Below, piece after piece: positions 9,497 to 19,569 of a DNA stretch of 64,000 bases. The translations under genes were made by a program, and so were the position numbers. This DNA comes from Caldisericia bacterium. Lineage in GTDB: Bacteria; Caldisericota; Caldisericia; JAAYUI01. The notes beneath the pieces were generated by a model. The model made no database searches and was not told the DNA's origin. It worked only from the letters and a program-made list of their open reading frames with translations. Within the stretch, counting starts at the first letter, position 1. Every line of letters starts with the position of its first letter. The stretch is from assembly GCA_963674785.1 (NCBI GenBank), contig OY771555.1, positions 1,024,001 to 1,088,000 of the forward strand. Reading direction: 5' to 3'.

Positions 9497-9916
9497 GTGA
9501 GATACGAACTTGCAGCAACAACTTTTATTTTCAACGGAAATAGGTTTGCCATACACTTTCATGAAAAAGTCAAAAAGTGGCTCCCACCAGGGGGACATGT
9601 CGAGGTGGATGAACTCCCACACGAGGCAGCAGTCCGCGAGGTGATGGAGGAGGCCGGAGTTCCCCCAAGGCTTGTAGTTGCTGGTGGAGAAGACCTTGCA
9701 ATCCAGACTGTGCCGATGCCAATTGCGATTCTTGTTGAGGACATTGACCAGCAACACAAACACATCGATATGATCTATGTGGCGACAACCGAAACTGAAA
9801 AACTGTCAGATGAGTTTCGCTGGGTGACTGTGCAGGAAGCACAAAAGCTCCCCGCACCAGAAGATGTCATACGTTTAGCCCAAAAAGGGCTTGATATTTT
9901 AGGGTTGACTGAGTAA
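9497..9916 (+). CDS. NUDIX hydrolase
   Basis: Nudix box GGHVEVDELPHEAAVREVMEEAGV. Confidence 0.9.
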   Translation: MRYELAATTFIFNGNRFAIHFHEKVKKWLPPGGHVEVDELPHEAAVREVMEEAGVPPRLVVAGGEDLAIQTVPMPIAILVEDIDQQHKHIDMIYVATTETEKLSDEFRWVTVQEAQKLPAPEDVIRLAQKGLDILGLTE

Positions 9917-9917
9917 C

Positions 9918-11861
9918 TTAATCATCCTTAGGATCAACATTTTTTCCAGGGTCGTTGTTCCCCTTAATTCTTTTCTTAACAGTCATATTCTGACTGTTGT
10001 TTTTCAAGTAGAAGATTTTGTAGTTGAATTTATCATCAGCCGAATCATCCATCCAAACAATATGTGCCATTCCTTTTGAATCGAGCGCTATGACTGGGTC
10101 AGATGAATGTCCTTCATTTGTGCTGACATTATAATTTTGGAGTTCATTATTCACAGTTTGGCCAATTGAGTTAACCCATCTGTAATCATTTTCAAGCCAT
10201 TTTGTTTGATTTGGGGCTCTTGTTCCCTTCATTCTGATATACTGAATATCATCTGCCCCGCTCCAAGTTATGTGTGGGTTATCCAGATAATCTAAAGCAA
10301 GGCATGAATAATATGCGCTTGATGTTGAGAAAGAACCGTTTCCATTTATTGGATTATATAGCTCACCGTTTGAGCAAACCCAACAAGTACCATCCCATCT
10401 TGCGAATATCGACCCTTTTCCTGAGTAACTGTAGTCCATCCAGGCAATATTGGGATATCCTCTTGAGTCAACCGCAATTGATGGATGGAATGATTGATCT
10501 GTGTTCCGGCTGACATTCGCATCAAACCTGGTATTGTCATATTTTAAACCGTTTGCCGTAACCCAATCTGACCCATCCCATCTGAGATAAAAGACTTCTG
10601 TTGTTACATCTGCACTAAAATCATCCCATGCAATATGTGGCATGTCATTAAAATCAAGAGCAATAGATGGATCTCTTGAATTGCCTCTGTTCCTGCTGAT
10701 ATTTGCATTTTCTGAATTTGGATCATACTTTTCGCCATTTGCGCATATCCAAGACTGCCCATTCCATTTGATGTAGAAGATTTCAGCGTTATCGTTACCT
10801 TCATCGTTCCAGGTTATATGAGGATAATCATTCGAGTCTAATGCGATATCTGGCAATTGCGAAGAATTGTTATTTCTACTGATGTTTGCGTTACCTGTTT
10901 TCGGGTCATATACTTCGTCATTTGCGCATACCCAGTTTTTTCCGTCCCATTTCACATACATAATTTCCGAGTTTTCTCCATAATTCCAATCATGCCATAC
11001 GATGTGTGGGTTGTCTTTTGAATCAAGAACCATCACTGATTCAGATGAACTGGTTCCGTTTCTGCTGACGTTTGCATTGTTTGACTTGTAATCAAAAATC
11101 TCATCATCGGCTGTTACCCAATCCGTCCCGTTCCATTTTATATAGAAAATCTCCCAACCTAAAATCTCACCAACGCTTTCTCGCCATGCGATATGAGGTT
11201 TATCTTTTGAGTCAATATCAATTGTTGGACACCATGAATTTATCCCATCTGGACAGGGTATAATGTCTTTTGGGAATGAGTTTGAGTCGGGTTTATATTC
11301 TGAACCATTTGCACCAACCCAGTCCGAGTCCGTAAAAATATTCATTCTTAGTCGCTGAGATTCACCATTTTTTCCAGTTATATCTATCACATAAATTCTT
11401 GGTAGAAACGGGACATCTTCAGGAAGATTAATATAGCAATAAGCGGTTGTAATGTTTTCAATCCCTTCTGATGATGTTGGAACCGTTATTTTGTCTTCCT
11501 GGAATGTAATCCAATCTTCGTATGATGTGAGTTTGAATGATGTTTTTGAACCAGTGTTCCAGATTTTAAATGAAAGAGTTTTTATCTCGCCTGGATTAGT
11601 TTTTACAACTAACTCCTTCACTGATTGTGTAGTTTCTTCTTTCTTACCTGCTTCAAGTTTTGTTTCATGAAAAATTCTATTCAGTTCATCCAAAGAATAG
11701 GATTCGTCTGGAGATTTTGATTGGTCTTTGCTCCAAAAAACCTTGAAATTCGATAAATTTGTTTCCCCATTATTCTCAGTTTGGAAATTGTTGCATCCAA
11801 TAATAGGGATCAAAATCAAAAAAACCAAGGTGTAAATCCCTATTCGAAATCTATTTCTCAT
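9918..11861 (-). CDS. Lipoprotein with Ig-like region and a 7-repeat beta-propeller
   Basis: Lipobox IIGC; seven repeats of S..P.IALDS.D.PHI.W.D. Confidence 0.75.
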   Translation of the reverse strand: MRNRFRIGIYTLVFLILIPIIGCNNFQTENNGETNLSNFKVFWSKDQSKSPDESYSLDELNRIFHETKLEAGKKEETTQSVKELVVKTNPGEIKTLSFKIWNTGSKTSFKLTSYEDWITFQEDKITVPTSSEGIENITTAYCYINLPEDVPFLPRIYVIDITGKNGESQRLRMNIFTDSDWVGANGSEYKPDSNSFPKDIIPCPDGINSWCPTIDIDSKDKPHIAWRESVGEILGWEIFYIKWNGTDWVTADDEIFDYKSNNANVSRNGTSSSESVMVLDSKDNPHIVWHDWNYGENSEIMYVKWDGKNWVCANDEVYDPKTGNANISRNNNSSQLPDIALDSNDYPHITWNDEGNDNAEIFYIKWNGQSWICANGEKYDPNSENANISRNRGNSRDPSIALDFNDMPHIAWDDFSADVTTEVFYLRWDGSDWVTANGLKYDNTRFDANVSRNTDQSFHPSIAVDSRGYPNIAWMDYSYSGKGSIFARWDGTCWVCSNGELYNPINGNGSFSTSSAYYSCLALDYLDNPHITWSGADDIQYIRMKGTRAPNQTKWLENDYRWVNSIGQTVNNELQNYNVSTNEGHSSDPVIALDSKGMAHIVWMDDSADDKFNYKIFYLKNNSQNMTVKKRIKGNNDPGKNVDPKDD

Positions 11862-11887
11862 TCTTCCTCCTCCAATAAAAGACTTTC

Positions 11888-12793
11888 TTAAAACAACGGA
11901 TTTTCTGCAGAAACCTTCCAGTCATCGCCTTCTGGCACAAGAAGAACCTTGCTGTTTACACCCATTCGATAGTCATCAATGATTAATTTCTGGAGTTCTG
12001 TGAGGTTGCTCTGGTCAATGCTCTCGAGATCTAAAAGCACATAAAGATTCACTCCCCACCTGTAGTTAATCCCATGAATAGAGGGCTCAAAAACGATTTG
12101 ACCAATGATTGGCTCAATGTTTGCTTGGGATGCAAATTCAGATATATTCTGCCCGTCTTCAGTATCCCAGTCACTAGCAATCTGCTCTTTTGGGGTGACT
12201 TCTGTGATGGCGGAAGGTGTGAAGTCGTAAATTCTGCTCCATTCTTTGTTTATGATTATTGAAATGTAATCTTGGTATGCTTTCATTGCATCATCAATTG
12301 GAAGGATTTCTGGTCCAATTGAGGGGAGGAATTTTGAGTTTCCCTGCTCATCCCTTATCATTACGGTCACATTATCGCGATCATCAATCAGGTCTGCAAA
12401 TACCTTTTCTTCACTAGTGAGAGTCTCAGTATATTCAAATTCAAATGCTATTATGTAGGCGTTTTTATACGTTTGACCGTAGATTCCCCATTCTGGCTGT
12501 TTGGAACACTGGGTAAATTTGACTTTTGACTTGGAAAGAAGTGATGAGAATGCTGGGTAGCTTGACCTCATCTCGATATATCTTTCTTCTATAAGTGATG
12601 GCCAGAGAATCATATCCTCGTACTCGAATGTTTTTTCGTATTCACCTTTAGACATTAACTTGAGATAATTAGAGTAATCCTCACAAACAGATTTTTCTTC
12701 TCCCTCAAAGGGTATATCAAAAGAGATGCTCGTGCCGGCTGAACATCCAGCGAAAAGCAAGATGGTTAGTAATACTAAAACAAAATTTCTCAT
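11888..12793 (-). CDS. Lipoprotein of unknown function
   Basis: Start MRNF; lipobox FAGC. Confidence 0.7.
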   Translation of the reverse strand: MRNFVLVLLTILLFAGCSAGTSISFDIPFEGEEKSVCEDYSNYLKLMSKGEYEKTFEYEDMILWPSLIEERYIEMRSSYPAFSSLLSKSKVKFTQCSKQPEWGIYGQTYKNAYIIAFEFEYTETLTSEEKVFADLIDDRDNVTVMIRDEQGNSKFLPSIGPEILPIDDAMKAYQDYISIIINKEWSRIYDFTPSAITEVTPKEQIASDWDTEDGQNISEFASQANIEPIIGQIVFEPSIHGINYRWGVNLYVLLDLESIDQSNLTELQKLIIDDYRMGVNSKVLLVPEGDDWKVSAENPLF

Positions 12794-13230
12794 CAGTTTT
12801 CCTTCCTGATTTGTGAATATGCAATCCACAGCTTACCATAATCATCCTCAACAATATAAGCCAGCTCTTTGTAAATCTGGTCATTACCATAGCTGAGAGT
12901 GGACTTAATCTCTGTGGTGTTTCGGTAGAATGTTTTGTTCTCAAAAATCCATTTATCCAGTTTTTTTGATTCTACCGAGATAATCTCCTCGCTTTTGACA
13001 GACTCACCAAGTTCTTTTCTGACAAACTCTCTTTTGGCTTTCACGTTTTCAATTGTCTGTTCATCAAGGAGATTTGGATAATAGAAATCGAGGAATTCAT
13101 ATCCATTCGAATTCCAAGAGTTTCTGAAATCCTCATAGAATTTGACTTTTGGATCAATATCTTTACGGCATGAAACCAGTGAAAGAGCTATAATCAAAAT
13201 AAGAAGAATCAGACTATAGCTGTGCTTCAT
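12793..13230 (-). CDS. Lipoprotein of unknown function
   Basis: Start MKHS after GGAGG; lipobox LVSC. Confidence 0.7.
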   Translation of the reverse strand: MKHSYSLILLILIIALSLVSCRKDIDPKVKFYEDFRNSWNSNGYEFLDFYYPNLLDEQTIENVKAKREFVRKELGESVKSEEIISVESKKLDKWIFENKTFYRNTTEIKSTLSYGNDQIYKELAYIVEDDYGKLWIAYSQIRKEN

Positions 13231-14785
13231 TCGTCCTCCGTGTGAAAAGTGTGACAATGATGAGTGTTAGAAATGATAGAGGAACAGCGATTAATGATGG
13301 GTCCATATACTTCATCCATGAATTTGAAGCGATACAATCCACTCCAAAGATTAGTTTACAAACACCGATTCCACTTGATTCTCTCAGATGTACAAAGATA
13401 TACATGAGTCCACTGCTTAAAAAGCCAACAATTATGGAAGATATTACTGCAGGACGTGTACAGCGTTTCCAAAAGATTGCCCCAATAAGAGCAGGAAGGA
13501 ATGTTGCACCTGCGATACCAAAGAAAATCGCGGTTGCGATTGCGATTATGTTTGTTGGAAGCTTGTAAGCCACAAAGAGAATGTAACCAAGAGCAACAAA
13601 GGCACTTATTCTGATTGCCTTTAGTTCCCAATTCTTCTTCTCTTTGCTTTTGCCGTTTTTGTTGTTTGTGTTAATGACATCATGACCAAGAGACGTTGCC
13701 ATTGCATGAACTTGAGCTGTTGATGCAGATATTGAGGCGAGGATGAGAGTAAACAAGATGAGGTATACAAACCAACTTGGAGTAAAGTTTTGTACCGTGA
13801 AAGGGATTACAGAATCAACATTGCCAAGATAAGCAAATGTTGGTTGTCCAAATTTTTGTACAGTCAGAACATTTGAGAGTGCACCAGAAAAAATAGCCCC
13901 ACCATTTGCAATGATAATAAACACTGCACCAAATCCGACAGCTCTCTTTATGTCTAGTTTTGATTTGAGAGTCATGAATCTTACAGAAAGCTGAGGTTGA
14001 GCAAGAATCCCGAAACCAACTCCAACAAGAAGAGACGTAACAAGTAGCCACCAGAGCTGTGAGCCACCGGCTGGCATTTTTGTGAAACTGACCATTCCTT
14101 CTGCAGCCAGATCGGCTGGAATCTTGATGGCTGATAAAGCTTTTATTGATGAGAACCATCCAGTTTGGGCAAGGACGAAAATGGCAAGCCCTGCCATTGC
14201 GACAAACTTAAGAATTCCAAGAACAGCATCTGCATAAATCATTCCTTTAAGACCACCGATTGCGACGTATATGGCAATAATCGAACCATAAATCAGTAGG
14301 GCTGTACCAAATGGGATTCCTAGGATGAGTTCAATTAGTCTGCAGACGCCAACAAGAACAGCTCCTGCATAAAGTGGCATGAAAATGAAGTTGATGATAC
14401 CTGTTGCACCTTGAATGAATGTTGAGTTGAAGCGTCTTCCAAGCAACTCCGGCATTGTTTTTGCTTCAAGCTTATGACCAATTTCTCTGATTCTTGGGCC
14501 AATAACGATATAGGCTATCAAAACACCAACACCTATATTGAGAGTTACAATCCAGAACATGCCAAGCCCTACCTTGCTTGCCATTCCGCCAAATCCAATG
14601 ATGGATGCACTTGAGATAAAAACTGAGCCATATGAGACTGCCATTAGCCATGGCGGAACACTTCTTCCAGCCAACATGAAATCTTCGCCATCTCTAGTGT
14701 GTTTGTAACCCATCCATCCAAGATATGCAAGCACGATGAGAAAAACCCCGAGAAAGGGGTACAATATTGCTGTGTTGATGTTCAT
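13214..14785 (-). CDS. Sodium:solute symporter (SSS family)
   Basis: DFMLAGR, TMPELLGRRF, YVAIGG; about 13 TM helices. Confidence 0.9.
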   Translation of the reverse strand: MNINTAILYPFLGVFLIVLAYLGWMGYKHTRDGEDFMLAGRSVPPWLMAVSYGSVFISSASIIGFGGMASKVGLGMFWIVTLNIGVGVLIAYIVIGPRIREIGHKLEAKTMPELLGRRFNSTFIQGATGIINFIFMPLYAGAVLVGVCRLIELILGIPFGTALLIYGSIIAIYVAIGGLKGMIYADAVLGILKFVAMAGLAIFVLAQTGWFSSIKALSAIKIPADLAAEGMVSFTKMPAGGSQLWWLLVTSLLVGVGFGILAQPQLSVRFMTLKSKLDIKRAVGFGAVFIIIANGGAIFSGALSNVLTVQKFGQPTFAYLGNVDSVIPFTVQNFTPSWFVYLILFTLILASISASTAQVHAMATSLGHDVINTNNKNGKSKEKKNWELKAIRISAFVALGYILFVAYKLPTNIIAIATAIFFGIAGATFLPALIGAIFWKRCTRPAVISSIIVGFLSSGLMYIFVHLRESSGIGVCKLIFGVDCIASNSWMKYMDPSLIAVPLSFLTLIIVTLFTRRTNEAQL

Positions 14786-14880
14786 TATTTATTGTTGTTC
14801 CAGTTTCTGATTGTATAGAAAACCGCGTATAGCGTGAAAATAATCGCAAGTGTTATTGATAAGAATACGAATGTTCCCAT
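14785..14880 (-). CDS. Small (31 aa) symporter accessory membrane peptide
   Basis: Not in the ORF track. MGTFVFLSITLAIIFTLYAVFYTIRNWNNNK; TAATG overlap with the SSS gene; single TM plus NWN tail. Confidence 0.75.
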   Translation of the reverse strand: MGTFVFLSITLAIIFTLYAVFYTIRNWNNNK

Positions 14881-14891
14881 GATTACTGCCT

Positions 14892-16298
14892 TTATCTCTG
14901 ATTTTCACCGAGAATTATTTCTATTTTTGGTATAAATGAGCCTAGATTATCGGTTGACTGTGAGAGAAGTCTTAGAATTGCGTTGGCTTTGTTTGGGTTG
15001 TCGCTTTTACTCGCGTCAATAGCAATATCAAGCCAAAGATTGATTTTTTCTTCCTCAGTATTCATTGATGAAAGAAGAGCTTTTAATACGGGTTTGGATC
15101 TTGGATATTGTGAGAAGAGCTCTGTTAGCTCAGTTGTATTATTTTCATGAGATTGAAGTTTTGCCCACAGCTCAACTGGGGTTGAGCTTTTTCCTTCAAA
15201 TTCATCATTTATCTGTTGTTTTAATCTGACTTTGTCAAGCAGTATTGACCTTAATGTCTTTGATAACTCCATATTATCAGATAGATTCTCGCTTATTTTT
15301 GTTGTTATTGAGTTTATCGTTCTTGAGAAGTCAAGTTCCAATATTGCCTTCAGGTCAGAATCATTGAGAAGCTCTTTTGGGGGTGTAATGTTGTCAAAGG
15401 GTGAAGAGTTCAGTCCAAGTTTCTCACGAAGCTCTCTTGCTCTTTTTATCAATCTTTCCGATTTTGTATCAAGAAGTAGCTGAAGTTCAGTATAATAAAG
15501 AGCTTTTTTTGTGTTGCCTTTTCTTGTGTGCAAATCGGCTAATTCTGCCAAAGACTCGTGAACAAGGTCGAAGTTTGTTGAGTTGAGTGCAAGTCTGTAC
15601 TTTGCAAGTAGAAACTGTGGTTTATCTGGGTAAAGCCTTGAACACTCCATCACAAAAGAATCTAAACCATCAGAGCCTTTTAAAAGATCGATCAATTTTT
15701 CCCTGATTTCAATCGCCTGTTCTTTTTGACCAATTTCTTCATAGATATCAAGAGAGTATCTATATGAGTCGATGTTTTCCGGATTTCTCCTCAGATGTTC
15801 GGGGATCAACCCAACAACAGACTCAGGTCTATATTTTTTCGATGATTTGAGTAGCAGTGCCACAGCTTCATCAAAATCTGGGTTTTCTTCAATCAATGAC
15901 TTAAGTTTTGCAATACCTACCGGAATATCACCTGAGTCTGTTACGCAGGTAGCAATTTCGAATTTCAGACTCAGATCATCTGGTGAAAGCATTCTCGCAG
16001 TTCCGAATGATTTCATTGCAGAATCAAAGTCTCCAGCATTTCTTTGGATCGCCCCTAGTTTTCTGAGGTTTTTTTCACATTTGTCTTTTTCGCCAGTGAT
16101 GAAATAGTATCCGGATTTCTGTGAGAGAAGCATGATTTCCGAATCTCTTGAGATTGTATCTGATTTCAATTCTGGACTTTCTAGTAGTTCACATGTTTCT
16201 TTGAAGTTTCCAGAGTTAAACTCTATATGGGATCTTTTTATAACATCGGTGACATATTCGTCGCTGATTGGTTTTTCAGTGCTGGCGTTTTCACTCAT
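14892..16298 (-). CDS. TPR-repeat protein
   Basis: Helical repeats such as LGAIQRNAGDFDSAMKSF and IYEEIGQKEQAI. Confidence 0.7.
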   Translation of the reverse strand: MSENASTEKPISDEYVTDVIKRSHIEFNSGNFKETCELLESPELKSDTISRDSEIMLLSQKSGYYFITGEKDKCEKNLRKLGAIQRNAGDFDSAMKSFGTARMLSPDDLSLKFEIATCVTDSGDIPVGIAKLKSLIEENPDFDEAVALLLKSSKKYRPESVVGLIPEHLRRNPENIDSYRYSLDIYEEIGQKEQAIEIREKLIDLLKGSDGLDSFVMECSRLYPDKPQFLLAKYRLALNSTNFDLVHESLAELADLHTRKGNTKKALYYTELQLLLDTKSERLIKRARELREKLGLNSSPFDNITPPKELLNDSDLKAILELDFSRTINSITTKISENLSDNMELSKTLRSILLDKVRLKQQINDEFEGKSSTPVELWAKLQSHENNTTELTELFSQYPRSKPVLKALLSSMNTEEEKINLWLDIAIDASKSDNPNKANAILRLLSQSTDNLGSFIPKIEIILGENQR

Positions 16299-16777
16299 TA
16301 CCTTTTCACCTCCACCGATTTGAGGACTTGTTTGAGATGGAAACCCATGTCAGATTCGACTGGTTTTGCCGTGACAATTGATAATGAATTGTCGGTTAAT
16401 GGAATTAAGTAGAGTGTCTCATCAACCTTGATTTTTCCAATCTTTGCGCTTGTTGTAAATGTATCAACTTTTTCACCATTAATTTCGGCAGTTCCAGCTT
16501 TTACAGGATTTCTACCTGTTAACACCGCCTGATTTGTTATCCATGTTTCAAAATTTGTTGGAGTTGGAACTGGCTTGAAGGTCACAAAGAGGTGCTCTTC
16601 ATCGATGTTGATTAATTTGATGGTTCCGTCGTTTATCTTTTCGTATTTCCATCCAGTTAAAAGATCAAAAGAACCCCATGGCATCTCGATTGTCTCTTTT
16701 ATTGATACATTTTTTTCAGCACCACAGGAAACAAAAAGAAGTACAGTGACTAAGAGAATTGGAATTATTTTCTTCAA
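16298..16777 (-). CDS. Lipoprotein (PsbP-like fold possible)
   Basis: Lipobox FVSC. Confidence 0.65.
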   Translation of the reverse strand: MKKIIPILLVTVLLFVSCGAEKNVSIKETIEMPWGSFDLLTGWKYEKINDGTIKLINIDEEHLFVTFKPVPTPTNFETWITNQAVLTGRNPVKAGTAEINGEKVDTFTTSAKIGKIKVDETLYLIPLTDNSLSIVTAKPVESDMGFHLKQVLKSVEVKR

Positions 16778-17514
16778 GGAATCTCCTCCAAATTTGGAAT
16801 TTTTTCAAAGGTAAAACTGAGCTTGTTCCCTTTGGACTTTAAGTCTACATCTTTTTTTATGGTTTTGTATCCATTAAGCGAAAGTTCAAAGGTATGAGTT
16901 GTCATCTCCAGCCCTTCAACATAACAAGGAGTTCTTCCGACAATTATTCCATCAACTAGAACCTGAGCATCCTGTGGATTTGATTCAATGAAAAGACTAT
17001 GTGTCGAATCAAAGTCAAGAAGAATGTTTTCAGTTGTCTCAGTTGTATCAATGATATGTCTGACAGACGGATAATTGGCTAGATCAAGTATCAATTCATG
17101 TTTACCTTCACTGAGGTTGGAAATTCTGCAAGGAGTTATATTTTCTTGAACCTTGCCATCAATTGTGACAGTTGCTCCTGCCGGATTTGACCTAATAACA
17201 AACGAGTATAGGGGTTCGAGGGTATAGTTGGTCATGGTTTTTTTGAACCTTCCAACGTACAGATTGGAAGTTATCCCCTTGTAGGATATACCTTCATCAT
17301 CTGCTGCAACCTTTCCGATTTCAAGCTTGTAGTGCCTTGGTGTTATGAAAGCAAGGTACATCGGTGAGTGACCGATAAAGTTGCCATCCAGGAAGAGCGT
17401 TGAGCCCTCAGGTTCTACCTCAATTCCAAGGTAACCAACAGGCGCAAATAATGCGGTTGTAAGAATCAAAAGAAGACATTCAATCACTATTAAGCCGAAC
17501 ATCTTTTTGTTCAT
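16774..17514 (-). CDS. PEGA-domain protein
   Basis: Three S.P.GA.V.IDG...G.TP repeats after an N-terminal anchor. Confidence 0.85.
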   Translation of the reverse strand: MNKKMFGLIVIECLLLILTTALFAPVGYLGIEVEPEGSTLFLDGNFIGHSPMYLAFITPRHYKLEIGKVAADDEGISYKGITSNLYVGRFKKTMTNYTLEPLYSFVIRSNPAGATVTIDGKVQENITPCRISNLSEGKHELILDLANYPSVRHIIDTTETTENILLDFDSTHSLFIESNPQDAQVLVDGIIVGRTPCYVEGLEMTTHTFELSLNGYKTIKKDVDLKSKGNKLSFTFEKIPNLEEIP

Positions 17515-17999
17515 TCAGATGTTTCCTCCATCTCAGGTCTTAACCTCCCGAACCACACAACATCTCTGTATTGCCCTTCCGAGAATATGTGGCTTTTCAA
17601 TGTCGCCTCTTCTTCAAATCCAAGTTCAGAGGCGATGGATGTTAATGGATTATCAGCAATGATTCTTGTATGTACTCTATTAAGGTTTTGTGTATAGAAG
17701 CAGTATTCACAAACATTATCAAGTGCAACTTTCAGATATTCTTCTTTTCCATTTTCTGCTACGACAAATAATTCGGTGTGTCTTGATTTATAGTCTGTAT
17801 TATTGATTCCTATGAGCGCAACAACTGCTTCATCCTCATCCTCAATGATCCAAATCATGTTACAAACCTTGAAGGAATGAGCAAACTGTTCATCGATTTT
17901 CTCCTCTTCTGGGAGTGGTCTAATCGATGTGCATGGATGAGAGTAATCAAAATCTGTAACCCAAATTGGTAAGTTTCTTGTGTCCCCGCTTTCATTCAT
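17511..17999 (-). CDS. GNAT acetyltransferase (RimJ/RimL-like)
   Basis: NLNRVH..IIADN...LGFEEEATLK; start moved to MNES, which lies 7 nt after TTGCTA-17-TATTAT. Confidence 0.75.
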   Translation of the reverse strand: MNESGDTRNLPIWVTDFDYSHPCTSIRPLPEEEKIDEQFAHSFKVCNMIWIIEDEDEAVVALIGINNTDYKSRHTELFVVAENGKEEYLKVALDNVCEYCFYTQNLNRVHTRIIADNPLTSIASELGFEEEATLKSHIFSEGQYRDVVWFGRLRPEMEETSE

Positions 18000-18079
18000 G
18001 TAAAGGATAATAAGCCAACAAAGCCTGTTTAGCAAGTAATGTTGACCTATTCGGGCTATCAATCTATAATCCGGTTGCT

Positions 18080-18784
18080 ATGGAAAACAATATTGATAAT
18101 AATGCTGTCGAAATAAGTAAAGAAGAAAAACCAATTGTCACCAAAGAAAAGAAAGGTTTTTTTGCAAACCTGTCTGAGAGTGGAAAAGAGCTTGTTGCAG
18201 AAACTGGAATTTTATTTTTAGCAGGTTTAATGTTTATTGTTCCAGTTGTTATGTGGGCTATAAACAGTGGTTTTTTTGGTGAGATTCTTTTATCTGGTAG
18301 GGGACATTTCTCACCATTTTTTGATAGATTACTTCTTTTATCCGTTATGTTCTTCACACTATATGTTGTTTCGTGGATCAAACCGGAAATGAAGTACAGA
18401 GCGTTGAAAGTCTTTGGTGTAATGGCGCTTCTTGCTCTTCTTTCGGTTGTGGCAATTCAGTTTGATAATGTGCTTGTTACAACAAGATCAGATGTAGCAC
18501 CTCTTATGAACAGGTGGTTTTTCACGACTCCTGCGTATATTGTCACAAGCTTGACCGCCGTATTTACATCAGAGTTTCTCTATATTGGGTGGCAGTTTTT
18601 TGCTACACTTGCTGCTTTTCTGATCATTTCAGGAGTGTTGCTTTGGGACATTAAGGTTGAACTTGCTGGGACATGGAAAAAAGCAATCCAGATGTGGATT
18701 TTGTTTGAAGTAATCTACCTGATTTTGTTCTGGTTAATTATTCAGTTCCTTGGTTGGCCGATGTTCCCACCTGTTGCAATCTAG
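18080..18784 (+). CDS. Multi-pass membrane protein
   Basis: About 5 TM helices; TTGACC-17-TATAAT promoter at 18042-18070. Confidence 0.7.
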   Translation: MENNIDNNAVEISKEEKPIVTKEKKGFFANLSESGKELVAETGILFLAGLMFIVPVVMWAINSGFFGEILLSGRGHFSPFFDRLLLLSVMFFTLYVVSWIKPEMKYRALKVFGVMALLALLSVVAIQFDNVLVTTRSDVAPLMNRWFFTTPAYIVTSLTAVFTSEFLYIGWQFFATLAAFLIISGVLLWDIKVELAGTWKKAIQMWILFEVIYLILFWLIIQFLGWPMFPPVAI

Positions 18785-19509
18785 TCCGAGCAAGCACGAA
18801 TAATTGCAGAAAAACTTTCAGTAGAAAGTGATGCTCCGCCGACAAGGAATCCGTCTACTTTTGACTCTCTGAGACCGAGAACATTTGATTCCTTTACAGA
18901 TCCACCATATAGAACTGTGAAGATCGTGTTTTTCTGTAGACGTTTTGCTATATCTTTGATAGCAGATACTGTGTCTCTGATTTCAATTGGATCAGCAGTC
19001 ACTCCAGTTCCAATAGCCCAGATAGGTTCGTAGGCTATTATGAAGTTGTTACCTAGTTTCAATCCTTCAAGTGATCTCATGAGTTGGGATGAAAGGATAC
19101 CAAATGTCCTTCCTGAATTTCTTTGTTCTAAGGTTTCCCCGATACAAAGGATTGGTTTGATGTTGTGTCTGAGAAGTGCGACAATTTTCCTTCTGATTGT
19201 CTCATCACTTTCACAGAAAAGCTGCCTTCTTTCAGAATGACCAACTAGACACCATTTACAACCTAAGTCCTTCAGTTGCGTTGGTGAAGTTTCACCTGTA
19301 AATGCTCCATTGTCCTCATAATAGCAATTCTGAGCACCCACATCGATTTTTGTTCCCTGAGTTTTCTCGATGACCCTTGAAAGCGATACATGAGAAGGAA
19401 TCACACCAGTACTTATATTTTGCGGTAGTTTTATCTTTGCAAGATGTTCCACGAGATCAATAGCCTCGGTTGTTGTGAGGCTCATTTTCCAATTACCTAA
19501 GATTAGCAT
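18781..19509 (-). CDS. tpiA: Triosephosphate isomerase
   Basis: GNWKM, GHSERR, AYEPIWAIGTG, LVGGASL. Confidence 0.97.
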   Translation of the reverse strand: MLILGNWKMSLTTTEAIDLVEHLAKIKLPQNISTGVIPSHVSLSRVIEKTQGTKIDVGAQNCYYEDNGAFTGETSPTQLKDLGCKWCLVGHSERRQLFCESDETIRRKIVALLRHNIKPILCIGETLEQRNSGRTFGILSSQLMRSLEGLKLGNNFIIAYEPIWAIGTGVTADPIEIRDTVSAIKDIAKRLQKNTIFTVLYGGSVKESNVLGLRESKVDGFLVGGASLSTESFSAIIRACSD

Positions 19510-19569
19510 ACACCTCTCCTATGATGGATATTTGTAACTATTGTAATCCCAAAGGAGTATTTTTACAAA

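Noticed and set aside
10000-11300. Periodic repeats as a CRISPR array or DGR template
   Set aside because: The repeats are degenerate, in frame and protein-level, with no identical repeats, spacers, cas genes or reverse transcriptase
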